Source: Halocafeteria seosinensis (taxonomy: Eukaryota). From it: a stretch of 64,000 bases of DNA. Location: contig LVLI01000166.1 of the NCBI GenBank assembly GCA_001687465.1, positions 1 through 64,000 of the forward strand. The letters run 5' to 3'. Below are positions 24,823 through 37,612 of this stretch, piece by piece (position 1 is the first letter of the stretch; each line of letters begins with the position of its first letter). A model generated the notes under the pieces. That model was not told where the DNA came from, did not search any database, and saw only the letters and a program-made list of their open reading frames with translations. The position numbers and the translations under genes are program-made.

Positions 24823-25771
24823 TTAATCGTCAAAGCCATAGCAATAATAGCACTTTGGATTCAGTCCGGAAGCATGAAAATGGTTACCGCATTTGGTACA
24901 ATGTCTCTCCCTGTGATCCCCGATGCACTCGCCAAATTCGCTGCAAAGAGTACAGTGATTGTGGAATTTACCACAATCGAAGCGGGGAGTTCCTCCGCAC
25001 ATGTTAGTGACGTAGTTGCCGAGTTCGCAGTTGGGGCAGCAAACTGCTCCCTCCTCTCCTCCGTCGTCATAGTCGTCGCCCCTGTCAGCTTGGTCAAGCA
25101 CATCCTTCACCCGTGCTGTTAACTTTTCAGAACATCCAATACATTCATCTTGAGCTAAAACAACTTCTTCAGGAAAGTCGACGTCAATATCGATGAAGCC
25201 CGACATTACACCAGAGAGAAAACACTTGGAACAATCGCTTGGTTTCCTCTTCAGTTTCTTGGAAACCAAATCCTTGGTTTCCTTCATGCTACGGCGATTT
25301 CCGCGATTCATAAGTAGAGCTTTTGCTAAAGTCTCATCCTCGGCAAGATCCTCAAACATATCGACGAGCTCCTCTTTCTTAAGATCTTGCCAGATGTCTT
25401 TCGGAACTCCATATTTCTGCAGCACTTCGTGAAAGTCCTTCACCGGCCGATCTTTCGGATTCATAAAATTCTCCATCTCTTCGCACATGTTCTGCACATG
25501 CTTTTCCATTTGTTCAAACCACTCAAGATATTTAGCAGCCGCTTCTTTGCGAGTTGCTGGTTTCGCTTCCTTGCTCGCAGACTCGGCCGCAGCTGGTTTC
25601 CGTGCCTTGCTCGCATTGTTGCCTGCGCTTCTATTAGAAACCAATCCTCTAGTTAGTTTAGTTGACGGATGTTTCAATCGTTCTTCGTCGTACAGAACAA
25701 TAAAATTCGAACCTACCACTACTGGATGCTGTGGAATCCTCTTTGCTTTTGCTGCGGGTTCGTCGCTCCAT
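24823..25771 (-). CDS. Uncharacterised Cys/His-rich protein, paralog 2, 2 exons
   Basis: ATG at 25771 (MERRTRSKSKED...) and a GTAGGT...GCGCAG intron restores the long frame. Colinear with paralog 1 (KALL...R.MK..KDL.SK.LK..P.DCSKCFL...GFIDID.D.PEE; GKFHNHCTLC...HCTKCGNH...CYYC). Confidence 0.75.
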
Positions 25772-27154
25772 TGTACACAAATGCAAGAATCGGAAGACCA
25801 AATAAAACAGTATATAAAAGACACAAGAGAAACGGAATTTCGTTTTGGACCGTGTATCGTATTGTACAAGAAGGAAAAGAATTGGAATTCTACGTATACC
25901 CCAGTAATTCTTCCTGAAAGATCAGACCCGTCTGAGCTTCACAAACTCACTTATGATTCAGAGAACCCACACTAACGACCCCTTTTTCCCAAACTATACA
26001 CTGCATGTCTGAGCATTTAGAATGCAAAACTCTCGCAAGCATGGCGAATACGGTAAAGATTGTCGACTTCGTCTAGGACCAAAGGAACCTTTAATACATG
26101 TACAAGTGTTGTGTCAAATATGTACATATGTATGTGCTTAACACAGAAGTTCTGAGGAACCTCCACATCGACATCAAGAGGAATGAGTCGGCAAGAAGAA
26201 TGGCAATACCACACATTGGAAAATCGCATAATTTGCAGCAGAACTCCTTAGATGGCATGGACGATACGCATCCGCTGTCCAGCAGAGCAAGAACTGTAAA
26301 AAGCAAGCACCCAAGTCCAGCAGTACCTGTAACACTCGGCGGAAACGCCAGAGACGGTTCCGCTTTGTAAGCAAACGGGAAGGATCAACACCTCACAGTC
26401 TAGCGTAGCATGTAGACTAGTGATCTTCTGGTAGGGGTAACAATACTAACCCACGCAGCAAGGTTGTACGCACAAGTGGGTTAGGGTAAACCAGACGGCT
26501 ATATCCAGACAGCATTAAGCGCCGGTAACTATATATCCAAATCGACTGCTCTGCACAATTGGAAATCTTCGTATACGTTCGTTTGACTCTATGAATAGCA
26601 AGGAGCTTGGAGATGTCGGCGAAAGACCGGATCCAATGCGAAATTATGTGCGCTCAGTTCCTACACGTCACATTATCTCAAAGGTATATAGCTCACTTGG
26701 CAGCTTGTTCGGCCTTTTCATGATGTGTGCAATGCCTCCGTTCCCAGTTGAAACGGATGTTATTCATACGTTCCTCGTTAACAAGAAACCAGAGCTTGTT
26801 TCCCACTGTCTGAAAGTCTTTGGATATTAAAGAATATGCAACTTACATGCTATCCTTAAGAACCGTTGTACATCAGCTCTCGGAAAGTATCAACACTTGC
26901 ACTTGTTGTTTGACTCTTTGTTTATCCACACCGACGTGTATATATTTTCCGCACCAGGTAATGGTGGTAACCCTGTAGTATGGTTCGCATCCGGGTGGAT
27001 TTGCTCTTATCGACAACTTTATTCAAGGTTAGCGCCACCAGAAGCATGCATTTCCTAAGCTTCGATCAAACGAGTGTCTGTGTGGATAATCGAGACAAGG
27101 ATAGCGTAACAATGGCACAGAGGGTCTCACGGTTAGATGCAACTTTAAGACCGG

Positions 27155-27805
27155 TCATCCAAGCTGGAAATTAATCCATTCGATGGCAGCGTAAACTCCA
27201 GAACCATGTAGCGCGTCGACCAAGAAAACCTCGACAGGATACCGTTGGCGAAGTTTGTTCAGATGGCAGAAGTTGGAAAGATCATCAACAGATATTTTAC
27301 TCCCTATCGTCCCACTCGTTGTCACACTCGTTATATCTTCCTCCTCCTCCGCTTCTTCTTCCTGCTCAGTGGATGCGAAGTTGGTTCCTCTCGAATTCAG
27401 CAAAATAGCGATGGGAGTGTGCCTGTGTTTCCTTCTCAAGAACGAGTCCAAATCCTCCAAAGTCGACCTGACGAGCTCCAGTCTGTTCACGTCCCATGCA
27501 TCAACTACAACGATAACGGCGTTTGTGCCATTATAGTATACAGGCCACATTGATCTCATGTGTTTTCGGCCAGAGAGGTCCCACAACGTCCAAGCATGCT
27601 TCCGGAATTTTAGCTCCACTTTGTTGACGTCAAGCGTAGGAGGTATTGCGATCGGTGTATGAGGTGGCAGATGACGTGCTCCATCATCCACACGCTCTGC
27701 GCTTTGCGACGAGTTCATCAGTTGCTGTACGCAGAGGGATTTCCCAGCTCCATCCAGTCCCGTGACGGTAATGACATGGTGTTTTCGACTGAGTGCGATG
27801 CCCAT
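27155..27805 (-). CDS. ARF-like small GTPase with degenerate G3/G4 motifs
   Basis: MG start (myristoylation-type), G1 GLDGAGKS, G2 PT, G3 WDLSGR, RSMWPVYY...AVIVVVDA, G4 position LNSRG, terminal DALHGSGVYAAIEWI. Confidence 0.85.
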   Translation of the reverse strand: MGIALSRKHHVITVTGLDGAGKSLCVQQLMNSSQSAERVDDGARHLPPHTPIAIPPTLDVNKVELKFRKHAWTLWDLSGRKHMRSMWPVYYNGTNAVIVVVDAWDVNRLELVRSTLEDLDSFLRRKHRHTPIAILLNSRGTNFASTEQEEEAEEEEDITSVTTSGTIGSKISVDDLSNFCHLNKLRQRYPVEVFLVDALHGSGVYAAIEWINFQLG

Positions 27806-28045
27806 CTTACTACCATACCAAGAGTTATTCACTGCTTCTTACTTATCATACTCCAATGACCATTCTATGGTATCAATCCTCGAAAAAACTACAATTATTG
27901 GTTGAATGTAAGCAGACGTTAAGCAAGTCGACGCATTTGAATTCGAACGTTCACAGGCATACATAGCCCCGGTACTCTTTCATACTCAAGGATTTGTTGT
28001 GTGACAGCCCTTTAGGCCAACGCTGATACAGACAGGAAGCGCAAG

Positions 28046-30739
28046 ATGGAGGTGGAACATGATACGAGTTCGCAACAACAACACGAGCAGGAGGAGGAGG
28101 ACGACGACGACGACTATTTGGACCAGGATAACTTTACAGAATTACAAAATATCCCATGGACTGGTCTGCCCGAGACCTTTGCTCTCTCCCCCTCCATGGA
28201 TTTATTGGCGTATATTGACACCCGAATGCGTCTGCATGTTGTAGTAAGTGGAGAGTGGTATCTTCTAGTAGCATGAGAGGAGAATGGCCATGAAATGGTT
28301 TTGCAGAGGTTTATATCCATGGAGCACGTGGAACCTCCCGTTTCACTTCCCACGGGATGGACGAAAGACAATATATGCATTTTGGACTGGTCTCCTGGCG
28401 GGCATGAACTATTCATAGGATCTACAAGTGGTGACATACTAGTGACAGACATTCAGCACCTGCAGGTATGACTATTATTGCCAAGTGCAGTACGGTAGCA
28501 GATTATGAACTAATTCCTTGTATGGATGTCCTTGCAGGACGGGATCTTGGAATACTACTATCACCCCGAATCAAAGTGTTCGATTAGAATGAGGAATGCC
28601 AAACCATTTGACGAATTATTTGGCTGTCACCAGAACAGCGCCAACTGCACGAGAAGAGTGGCGAGTATGAAATGGACTCAGTTGTCCACCCCAATCCAGT
28701 CCCTTCAGCCAGATCCTCCTTGTGCTCCTCCAAACAGCTTACCTCCTAGTGGGTATGCGGTCTCGGACTGGTTGCTAGGCAAGGAAAAGTACGATTGGCT
28801 AGCCGACCTTCTCTGGAAAAACTCATTTTCTGGGAATGCGAAAGGCTGGGGAAGTGCCGTCATTAACTGTGGAGCGTACATGTTGTCCTTGTTGGAGGAA
28901 GGTGGAAACATTCACTCAACAATTGGTGTCCAGTTTCCTCGTATTGCCATTGAACAAGGCTACACGAACCCCCAATCCTTGTACTTCAATGTTACTGCCC
29001 GAGGATACTACGTTGGTCACACAGAGGCCTCGCAGTTCAAGCTGCAGCGGTTTACGTTCTCCCAGTCGCCTGCCTCCTTAAGTAAAATTCAAACAGTGGC
29101 CATTTTTGAGACCCAAATCTCGGAGCTCTTAGCTTATATATACTCGGCACTGGACCACCTGCGAGGCATATGGAGCAAAGGCGTGAAGTCACTTATGGGA
29201 GCGTTTGACAAGCTTTTCGTGCTACTGCAGGACTATGGATATGTTTATGCTACCGATTTGGGTGATAATGTACCGAATTGGTATCAGCAACAAGTTGTTT
29301 GTCAGTACATTAGCAGTGTATTTATTTATGGAGAAGACCAAAACAGTGGTGACGGTGCATGGACACAGTGGCTAGATGCATCGTTGGGCGAGAATGGACT
29401 CCAGCGACTCTATCGAGTCTTGAATGATTGCTACAGCTCCACCGAAGCTCTGTTCTCCCGCTGCATTTTGAGAGCTGTGAAGCATCTGGAATTAAGAGTG
29501 AACCAACTTTGCAGTTTATGCTCCACATATCCACTTGCAAGCGACGACATGACTTCTCCCTTCTCCTCTTGTCTACAGCAGAAAGTGGAGCCTTTGTCTG
29601 AGTGCAAGAACAAGGCCAATGCGGTGGCTAGCTATATTAACTCGCTTCGCCATTCGATGCTGACCACTGTTACTATTTATGGATTATTTGCCAGGTATTT
29701 AATCTGGACTAGTAAAGCGAATCTTTCAGGAACGGAAAACCAGAAAAAGGCGAATCAGTATCGACTTTCTCATCAGGAGCGATCCACTCTTTTTTCCCGC
29801 ATATTCAAATGTGCAAAGCATCATTTCCCTTCCCTCGCGGAAGAATATCGAGGATTGGCTACTTCAGGAGCTGAAGAGTCGCAGTCCTCAACCAACATCT
29901 TCGAGCTGTTGTCTACCGGTACTTCGAGTTCGACCCAAGGCGGCGGAAAAGCAGAGGCTCAGAGGAGTGCACGCAGTCCTAGTCCGGCTGACAGTCCTCT
30001 GGAGCCGTTTGAGTGGGATAGAAACACTTCCATAAACTTACAATTAGAGTCTGACAAGAAGAATCATAGCGCCAAGAATTTGCTTAGCTCACTCTGTGAT
30101 TGTTGGGCAAGAGTCCTAAGTCAAGTCACTCGCGATGATCAGTTTACTTCTTCCACCATTGAATTCCCGACTGGTCCTGAGGGATGCGTATGTGACATTG
30201 GTGAATCGAAGGATCGAGATGTCGCTTTACTTAGCTTTCGCACTGCAAGCGGCGTGTCCATGCTCCTGCACTTACAATTTCCATTGGACGCGGGGGGGAT
30301 GAATGCATCGGGCTCCCTATTGGCATTACCAGAGGAAACTCGTGTCATGGCAATTAGGTCGTTGAGTACTTCCAATTATTCACCGAAATTTGCAGTTTTG
30401 CTCCAGAAAACCTCCGATGATGCTGAACAAGTGGGGGAGAATGAAAGAGTTTTGCACTTGGGTATAGTCGATGTCGGTAAAATGTCACTGCAGCCTGTGT
30501 CATGCGAGAACGACACGCTACAAGTTAACCAGCTTGAAGAAATACCCTTAAGAGAGTGCTTAGTCGGATCACGAGCAGCGGGCGTCGTGGACGTAGACGA
30601 TTCTGTGCAATTGAGTGCGTGTGGCTCCCGCTCGACGGTGGCAATATTGGTAGGATCAAGACGTTGCATAATATATGACATTTCCGAAGACGATGATAAT
30701 TCCTCTGATGATGACGAAGATAGTGGGTCGGGAAACTAG
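28046..30739 (+). CDS. ANAPC4: Anaphase-promoting complex subunit 4-like, 3 exons
   Basis: N-terminal SPSMDLLA...ILDWSPGGHELFIGSTSGDILV (APC4 WD40-type), helical core with QWLDASLGENGLQRL, and C-terminal beta strands ending SRSTVAILVGSRRCIIYDI plus an acidic tail. Confidence 0.75.
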
Positions 30740-31013
30740 GTATGAACTGTAAAAACTTAAAAGAGCAGAAGAACACAGTCTTTGTGGTACAAAATACATC
30801 CGCTAATGAAGTCCTATTATCAGAAATGTCTCATTGACTTGTTTACAACTCCAAATGTGCAGTTCTCCAGGGTATTACACTCAAATCCATACCAAAGCAA
30901 AAGTGTGGAGAGATACCAAAAGGTCGAAAACAGGGAAAGTCGCAATACGCATTTGCCTGTTCCGTCGTTCCACAAATTATCGAAAGGCTCGCTCCATTTA
31001 CAAATCCACAAAA

Positions 31014-31345
31014 TTACTTCTCTTTCTTGCGGAAAGAGCATCCTTCAGTTAATCGGCACTTTCCTCCAGTAGGCTGGCAAAGCATAATAGCGCAGCCAGC
31101 GCATACGACCACTGTTTGAGCATGGCTGAACACAGTAGTAATGTTGTAACATCCTGGGCATTTCACATCCATGAAAAAGCTGTTAGGACTCTGAACTAAT
31201 CGTTTTAGTTTGTGTTTTCGTTTTTCCTCCTTGAGCGAGGGGTTTAGCAAGTCGCGAACAGGCTGTAGCAGTAGCAGGAAACATCAGAGAGTCAACACGT
31301 GTACAGATGTCAAAACTTAAAAGGAGACATTCTCTAACATACCAT
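31014..31345 (-). CDS. RPS27: 40S ribosomal protein S27 (eS27); the first coding exon is only the ATG
   Basis: ATG at 31345-31343, intron 31342-31263, then PVRDLLNPS...[23 protein letters not shown]...[10 protein letters not shown]...[17 protein letters not shown]. Confidence 0.97.
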
Positions 31346-32307
31346 TGTTACTTCTCTTCCGTGTGTGTGTGTCTTGAGAAAAACTTAAGAGCGACGTATC
31401 CGGTGCTGTAGCACTTGCTCTTGTTTCTCGCTGCACGACGCAAAACCAAAACAACAGCTCCGTGATGAGAAATTTGTCATGTGTGAATTCAAACGAATCC
31501 AAGAACCATGTTGAATCATGCCACTTTTCACATATAGAGGGCAATAGAAGCAAACTTAACACCGAAAGCTTTCCCTCTTGGCGGAGTCGTTCGACATTTT
31601 ACACCAGAAATAAACCCCATATGCCACCCCTCAAGCATTCATGATCCCATGCAAACACCCATATTGCGTAAAGAGAGCTTGAATATACATATATCAAAGG
31701 CAATGAATTCGTGCTCCAGCCGCCGGCTTGTCAACCGACCCAAGGTGCATTTGCCCCCTCACTGTCCCCTTGACTAGTAACCCCTTGGCTTTTTGTTGCC
31801 TTGTGACTGACCCAGGGGAAGGCCGACCAGAGTGGCTCAATTACAGCACTTTCTCAGTCATATGCGTATTCCTTCCAAAAGGCACACGACGAGGGTCTAC
31901 AAAAACCGCATATTTCTTCATGCTTACCTTCTCTTTCAAAGCAGATACCCTGGAGATTGTGTCCCAAAATAGGGGAAGTTCCTGTTTTTCGCCCCCTGTG
32001 CACCTGACGAAATGTTGGACACGTTGAAGTTGCGACGTTATATTGGGAACTTCAACGACGCCGGGGATGATCCGACAGGAATCTCCGACCGTTAACGCTT
32101 GTATTTGCCGGGTTGTGGAGGCGATACTAAGTTGGATACCTTCTCATCACTGTGAAACTGTGTTTCCCGCGTGTGTTGCAGGCAGGGAAACGGGGACTCT
32201 GAAATTGTTGCTTTTGGAGAGATTAAACCAGTAGCTACTTCGTAGCCTGAAACTTCAACACGGTATTTGGAGAAGCGCTTTCGCTGGCGACTACAGTCGT
32301 ATTCACG

Positions 32308-35300
32308 ATGGCTGAAGACGATGAGGCCGCGGCTATCATGTATATGAGCCATCCCGAGGCGGCGGCAATGGCTCGTAAACACAGAAGTGGAGGACATTTG
32401 GTTGAACAAAGAATTGATTCCAATCATGCAGGGCAGAAAGAAGCTAGATATACCTCCTGGTCGAATGCTTCTCGAGGTAGTTCCTCCGAACAAAGCTTTG
32501 GCAGGAAACCTAGTGGATCTTCTGTGAAATCAACGCCTCTCGCAGTAGCGGGGCATTCTTCTTCGAAGATAGGAAATGTTGAGCACTCGAAACCACAGTC
32601 GCGAGGAGTGTACTCTGCACCGTATTCAGGTAACGCTTCTCTGGAAACTCATGGAGCGCATTTGTACGAGTCATCTAAGTTTATGCCTTCGACCCATCGA
32701 GAGGTAGATTCTGTGGAAGCTTCAAAACGAGATTACAAGCGGAACAGAGCACATGTTCAAAGAGTGAAAGCTCAGGCTAACCAGATACGGAAGGAAGCTC
32801 GTAGTTGCGGAGAGGGTTCAGAAGTCAGATCATGGAATAATTCTCGGCTTCGAAGTAGAGAATCTGAAACCCCCTCGATGCCAAGACGAACTCCAGTTTC
32901 CGTAGAATCGGAGCAACAAACGGGTGGCACTAATCTCCCTGACCATAGCGATATCGGCCACACCAATACCGACACCGATACGGCCGACGAAGGCTATGAT
33001 GATGTTAACATTCATGGAACACAAACGTCGTCGGGTCTTGGACAATATTCCACAGATTCTGTGCCCAGGGTCTCTTCGGACATGCCGGAGGATCTAAAGG
33101 AGGAGGCAGCTAAAGAGCTGGTCAAGAAGTTAAGGAAAGATGCACAGAAGAGGAAAAAAAGAGCAGAAAAGGTAGCTAAAGCCGATGCTAGAGCAATACA
33201 AATGGTAGGTAGGCATGAATAGTTTTAAGCCAGCAACATGGAGGATAATGACTGTTTGTGGATTGAACTTACTGCAGGAGATGGAGGAACTAGATAAGAT
33301 GCGCGAGGAAAAACGAAAACGAGAGGAAGAGGAGAAGCTTGCAAAAAGGCGAGAAAGACAAGAGAAAGCCCAAGCTCGTCGCAAAGAGGTGAAACAGAGA
33401 CTGGAACAAGTTGCCAACTCTAAGAGTCCGCCACGGCATAAGAACAACCCTGAGCGTTCCCCAATTAGAACACGTGACGCTAAGGCTGAGTCCCAGGACA
33501 CAGAAGCGTTCGGCCTAATGGTATCCGGAGTGAGCTCTGTACAAGTCCGGAAGGAGCAGTCCAAACGTGGTTATGTTCCTTCACTTGCTGCAAAGAAAGA
33601 ACGCCTTTCCAACCTACGGAATGCTTTTGACCCTATTGACGAGAACAAGAAAACGCGGTCGAGGCTTCCATCCATTGACCCACCAAATTCTAGTAGACAA
33701 TCCAACAAGAAGCCTCCTCAAGGGAAAGGCCGGGGTGGTTCCGCTGATCCTCGCATTGGATCAACCCTTGGTGATGTGGCCCTCCCTTCATTGACCAATT
33801 CGCAAGGAAAAGGTTCTCAAAGAGGAGATAAGCACTCTTCATGGCAGGAAGAAGCCAATGCTTTATTGGGTGAGGTGGCAAGTAGCTCTCCCCAAAACCA
33901 AGAGAGCGTTGAGCACATTTACAGCAATAGTAACGAAGCTTCAAATCGTCGAAAAACTGAACAAAGAAATACTGTGTTGTCGGGGAAATCAGGAATATCG
34001 GGAACCAAAAAGCAGCATTTTGGTCGACGGTGTACAGAAACCATCCAGGAAACCACTGCTACGAAAGATGAACACACATTTCAGGAGAATAACAGTTCTC
34101 CATTAGAGTCTGCAACGATTACGCGAAACGCCAAGAATGAGCACTCTCCCATCCGTTTTACCGAGGAGTCGGCAACAGATAAGGAGTCGAATGTCGATGA
34201 ATCGATAGGACCCCTTAGTCCGCCGGCTGTTGTTCGCACTCCTGTGTTTGATCATACAGAGCAGGATGAGGGCAACATTGGCGGGTGGAATGCTGGTGGT
34301 TTTGACTCACATGATCTGTCATTTGACCAACATTTCCCTGATCACTACGAAAACTCCGTAAATGAGTCGCAAGCTGAACACTCTACATCAGTCTCTCCAC
34401 GAGTAGCTACCCTCAATACCTCTTCGCCAGGACAAAATGGGCATCATAGCGAAGAGCCCGTTGACGCTTCCAATCCCTCTGCCAGGAAGGCAAAAGAAAC
34501 TGCTTGTGCGACGAAAATTCAGTGCTTTTATAAGGATGCGATTTCCCACCGGAGAGAATCACTGGAAACCCGACAAGCGAGCAAAATCCAAGCATGCTTC
34601 CGAGGATTCAAAGTTCGGAAAAAACGTGAAGAACTAAATTCAACGGATGCGGAGTATGCTAACGCGATAAAAATTCAGAAGCTCGCAAGAGGATATTTGT
34701 CCAGAAAGCGGCTATGGGATGGAAGCAGTGGAGTGGGGTCATCGGCAGCCGAGTCTACCTTGCATGAGGCTGCTACACAGTTTCAAGAACCAGCAAGTGG
34801 ATACCAAGTAGAAGACCGTTCCAAAGACACCTCAGATCATAACTCTTCTCACAACAAAACCCAGACACCGGTGGCTGAAACGACGACCGAAGCGGACGAG
34901 AGTTACCGGCGTCAGTTAGATGCTGGAGAGAGGTCGAGCGGAGAGGAAGCTGGTGCAACCCTTATCCAGAAGGTTATCAGAGGGTACCTCGTTCGATGCA
35001 AACCTCCAAGTGAACAACGCCGGAACGAGGAACACGCCTCGTTGGAGAAAACAGGAGACTTCACTCAGTACAAGGGTGAAGTGCAAGATGACGAAGGTCT
35101 CAATGGAACTACGCCGACGACGGCTTCCTCCGCGGCAGAAGCAAACTTAAAAAGCAAAGCAGTTAAGATTCAAGCTATCTTCCGAGGTCACAAAGAGCGG
35201 AAGAAAATTCAAGAAGAGAACAAGAAGGCCAGGGATGCTGAAATTTCCCGGAACATTGAATACCTAGAAGTGCTCTCCGGACGAAGGAGAAAATTGAGTG

Positions 35301-36328
35301 GTGCTCCGGTCGTTCAGCCTGAAATAAAACCATTCTCCGGCGCAGGTCATACTCTCAGTGACCCTCAGAAGCAAACCACTACACAACACATAGGAAAAGC
35401 CAATTCGCTCGAGGAGACCAGAAGGAAACGAGCTGAGGCTTTTGCGAAGAAATTTGGACAGGCAAATAAGACAACAATCGATACACACGCCATAATGGGC
35501 AGGGATGTCCGAGAAGCTGCTCAGAGTGAGTACTTTGCAGACAGGCGACGGCAATTCTACCAGGAAAAGTACGGGACAAGGGTACAAGATGGAAGTGAGC
35601 AGGGGGACTCCGATGAAAGGGAACAGATTCGACCGTCCCATACTGCGCCAACCCAGGACCGCTTTTCACCCATAGAATATGAGGTACAAGGAACTTTGTC
35701 TTCCGAAGACACTGGCCATATTAGACCGGAAGAGGTTAAAGACAGAATTGATGCACACTTAGTTAACCAGTATAGCTCCCAAACGGACAACAGCAAGCCG
35801 CGTACATGTCCGGACGCAAACTCGCCAGATCACTCTAAGCATGGAGCACATTCTTCGAATGAGAAATTCAACGGCTCCTTTGGGGAAGGACTACACACAG
35901 TAACTCCCCCCAGCTCAGATACTGCGACGGCCTCCACAACTCAGGAACATGGTAGAGTGGATGGGAGTAACGCCGAAGGAAGTACTGTCCCCTCCGAACA
36001 ATCTGCTAGCATGATGTCAAAAGAAACGATCCACGATGTCGATACTGGGAACAATGGAGTCACTCATTCTTCGTTTTATCAATATTCAGATCATATGGCA
36101 AGCACATTGGGGAAAAGACAAGAATATGTACACAAACAGCACGAATCGGATAGCTTAGATAGTTCCAATGCCGCAGGAGACTTTGTTTTCTGCGATACTA
36201 CCAATATTGATTCGCCAACACGTTTACGGACGTCAATGGAGGAAGACAGCTTGGGAAACACCTGGAACGCTACACAAGCATCATCCAAGAACGCCTCCTT
36301 AAATTACAGTCAAGATAGCCTTCAGTGA
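32308..36328 (+). CDS. Large disordered IQ-motif (calmodulin-binding) protein with an SHP box, 2 exons
   Basis: ORFs are joined by an intron near 33205-33277. IQ motifs IQACFRGFKVRK, IQKLARGYLSRK, IQKVIRGYLVR, IQAIFRGHKERK and a degenerate IQCFYK; SHP-like PFSGAGHTL. Confidence 0.8.
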
Positions 36329-36437
36329 ATATCGAGATTGCTACTGAGTTCATCAATGGACTCAGAGCAGACCTTGTTCTGGCAGATTTATGCGCATGGA
36401 CACCACCACATTTAACATTCTTCATATTTGTTTCATG

Positions 36438-37371
36438 TCATTCCAAAAATGCCTTTTGGACGTCAGACTCGGTCCCACAGATGGGACATTCGTGGATCTC
36501 AGCTGCACACTCACTGCAAAATGCCAGGTGCCGACATGTCCGAAGGAAATGGCTGCGTGGCCGACTCTGACACTTCAGGCATTCTCCGGTGGGCATGAGA
36601 GGATGAGGTTCTTCCAAGTTTTTGTTATGTCTGATTAACCTCTTTAAGGCTTGCCGTAGCTTCCTCCGAACGGTTCGTCGTTCCTGTGTCCAAAAATATC
36701 ATATGAATGCTACGCTTGAATTGTACCAAGATGAACAACCTACTTCGCTTGTTAAGGAAGCAGCGGTTCCGATTGGGTCGATTCCATTTTCGAGCGGAGT
36801 CGTTGTCCTAGAGCTAGCCCTCTCTATCTTCCTCCGAGTCTGCCTGATTTGCTTATCCAACTTAGCGACATCTTTGGTGGCAGTATTCCATTTTTCCGCT
36901 CTTTGGGCTCTTTTAAACTCACGGTAGACCAAGTACACGCACGGTATCCTCTGCGGAATCTCTTCGTACCGTCCAGTTACCTGTGTAGGGCACGGAATAT
37001 GACGTTGCTTTCCAAAAAGTTCATGTAGCAGATACCAAGTTTGTTCATCATACCGCAAGTACGACAGTACATGCTGTGCTATGTAAGCACTGTATAAGGT
37101 AAATTGACCAGTAGAATGACCGATGCAGTACCCGTTCCAGAAACTTTAGGGCTTTGGGATTGCGAGTAAGGCGAGGACAAATCTTCTGCGCCAGATGACA
37201 GAGCGACTGAACTTTGGGGATATCGCCTTGTTCACTGGCACTTAGGGACGCATAACTATCCTGCTTGCATGGTCCGCAATAGTAGAAGTAGATTTCTTCA
37301 AGGATCGACAGCGTGATGACTGAATCAAACAGAGCTACCGAGTACACAAACACTGTGAATGAGACACTCAT
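36438..37371 (-). CDS. Membrane-associated RING (C3HC4) E3 ligase-like protein, 3 exons
   Basis: Hydrophobic N-terminal exon, middle exon VTGRYEEIP...LTSE, last exon ERRTVRRK...CLKCQSRPRSHFLRTCRHLAFCSECAAEIHECPICGTE...FLE*. The RING exon is absent from the supplied ORF track. Confidence 0.75.
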
Positions 37372-37612
37372 TGCGTTATAAACACTCCCATGACGGCGAC
37401 TACAAGCTTCTTACATCACAAACAAGTTGAAACAACCCTTTTGCGTGGACCAAGACTGAGAATATTCCTGGCTTCAACCTTCATTGAAGTTCATTCCCTC
37501 ACATAATTACCTCACATTCAGGTGGATCATTGATTCGTAGTGCCTCTGTATTGATACATGGATGTGGGAAATGTTGTTTTGAGAAAGAAGCCAAAAAGGA
37601 AACATACGTATA

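Noticed and set aside
31690..32100. C/G-run-rich intergenic stretch that might be a MITE remnant
   Set aside because: No terminal inverted repeats or target-site duplication were identifiable.
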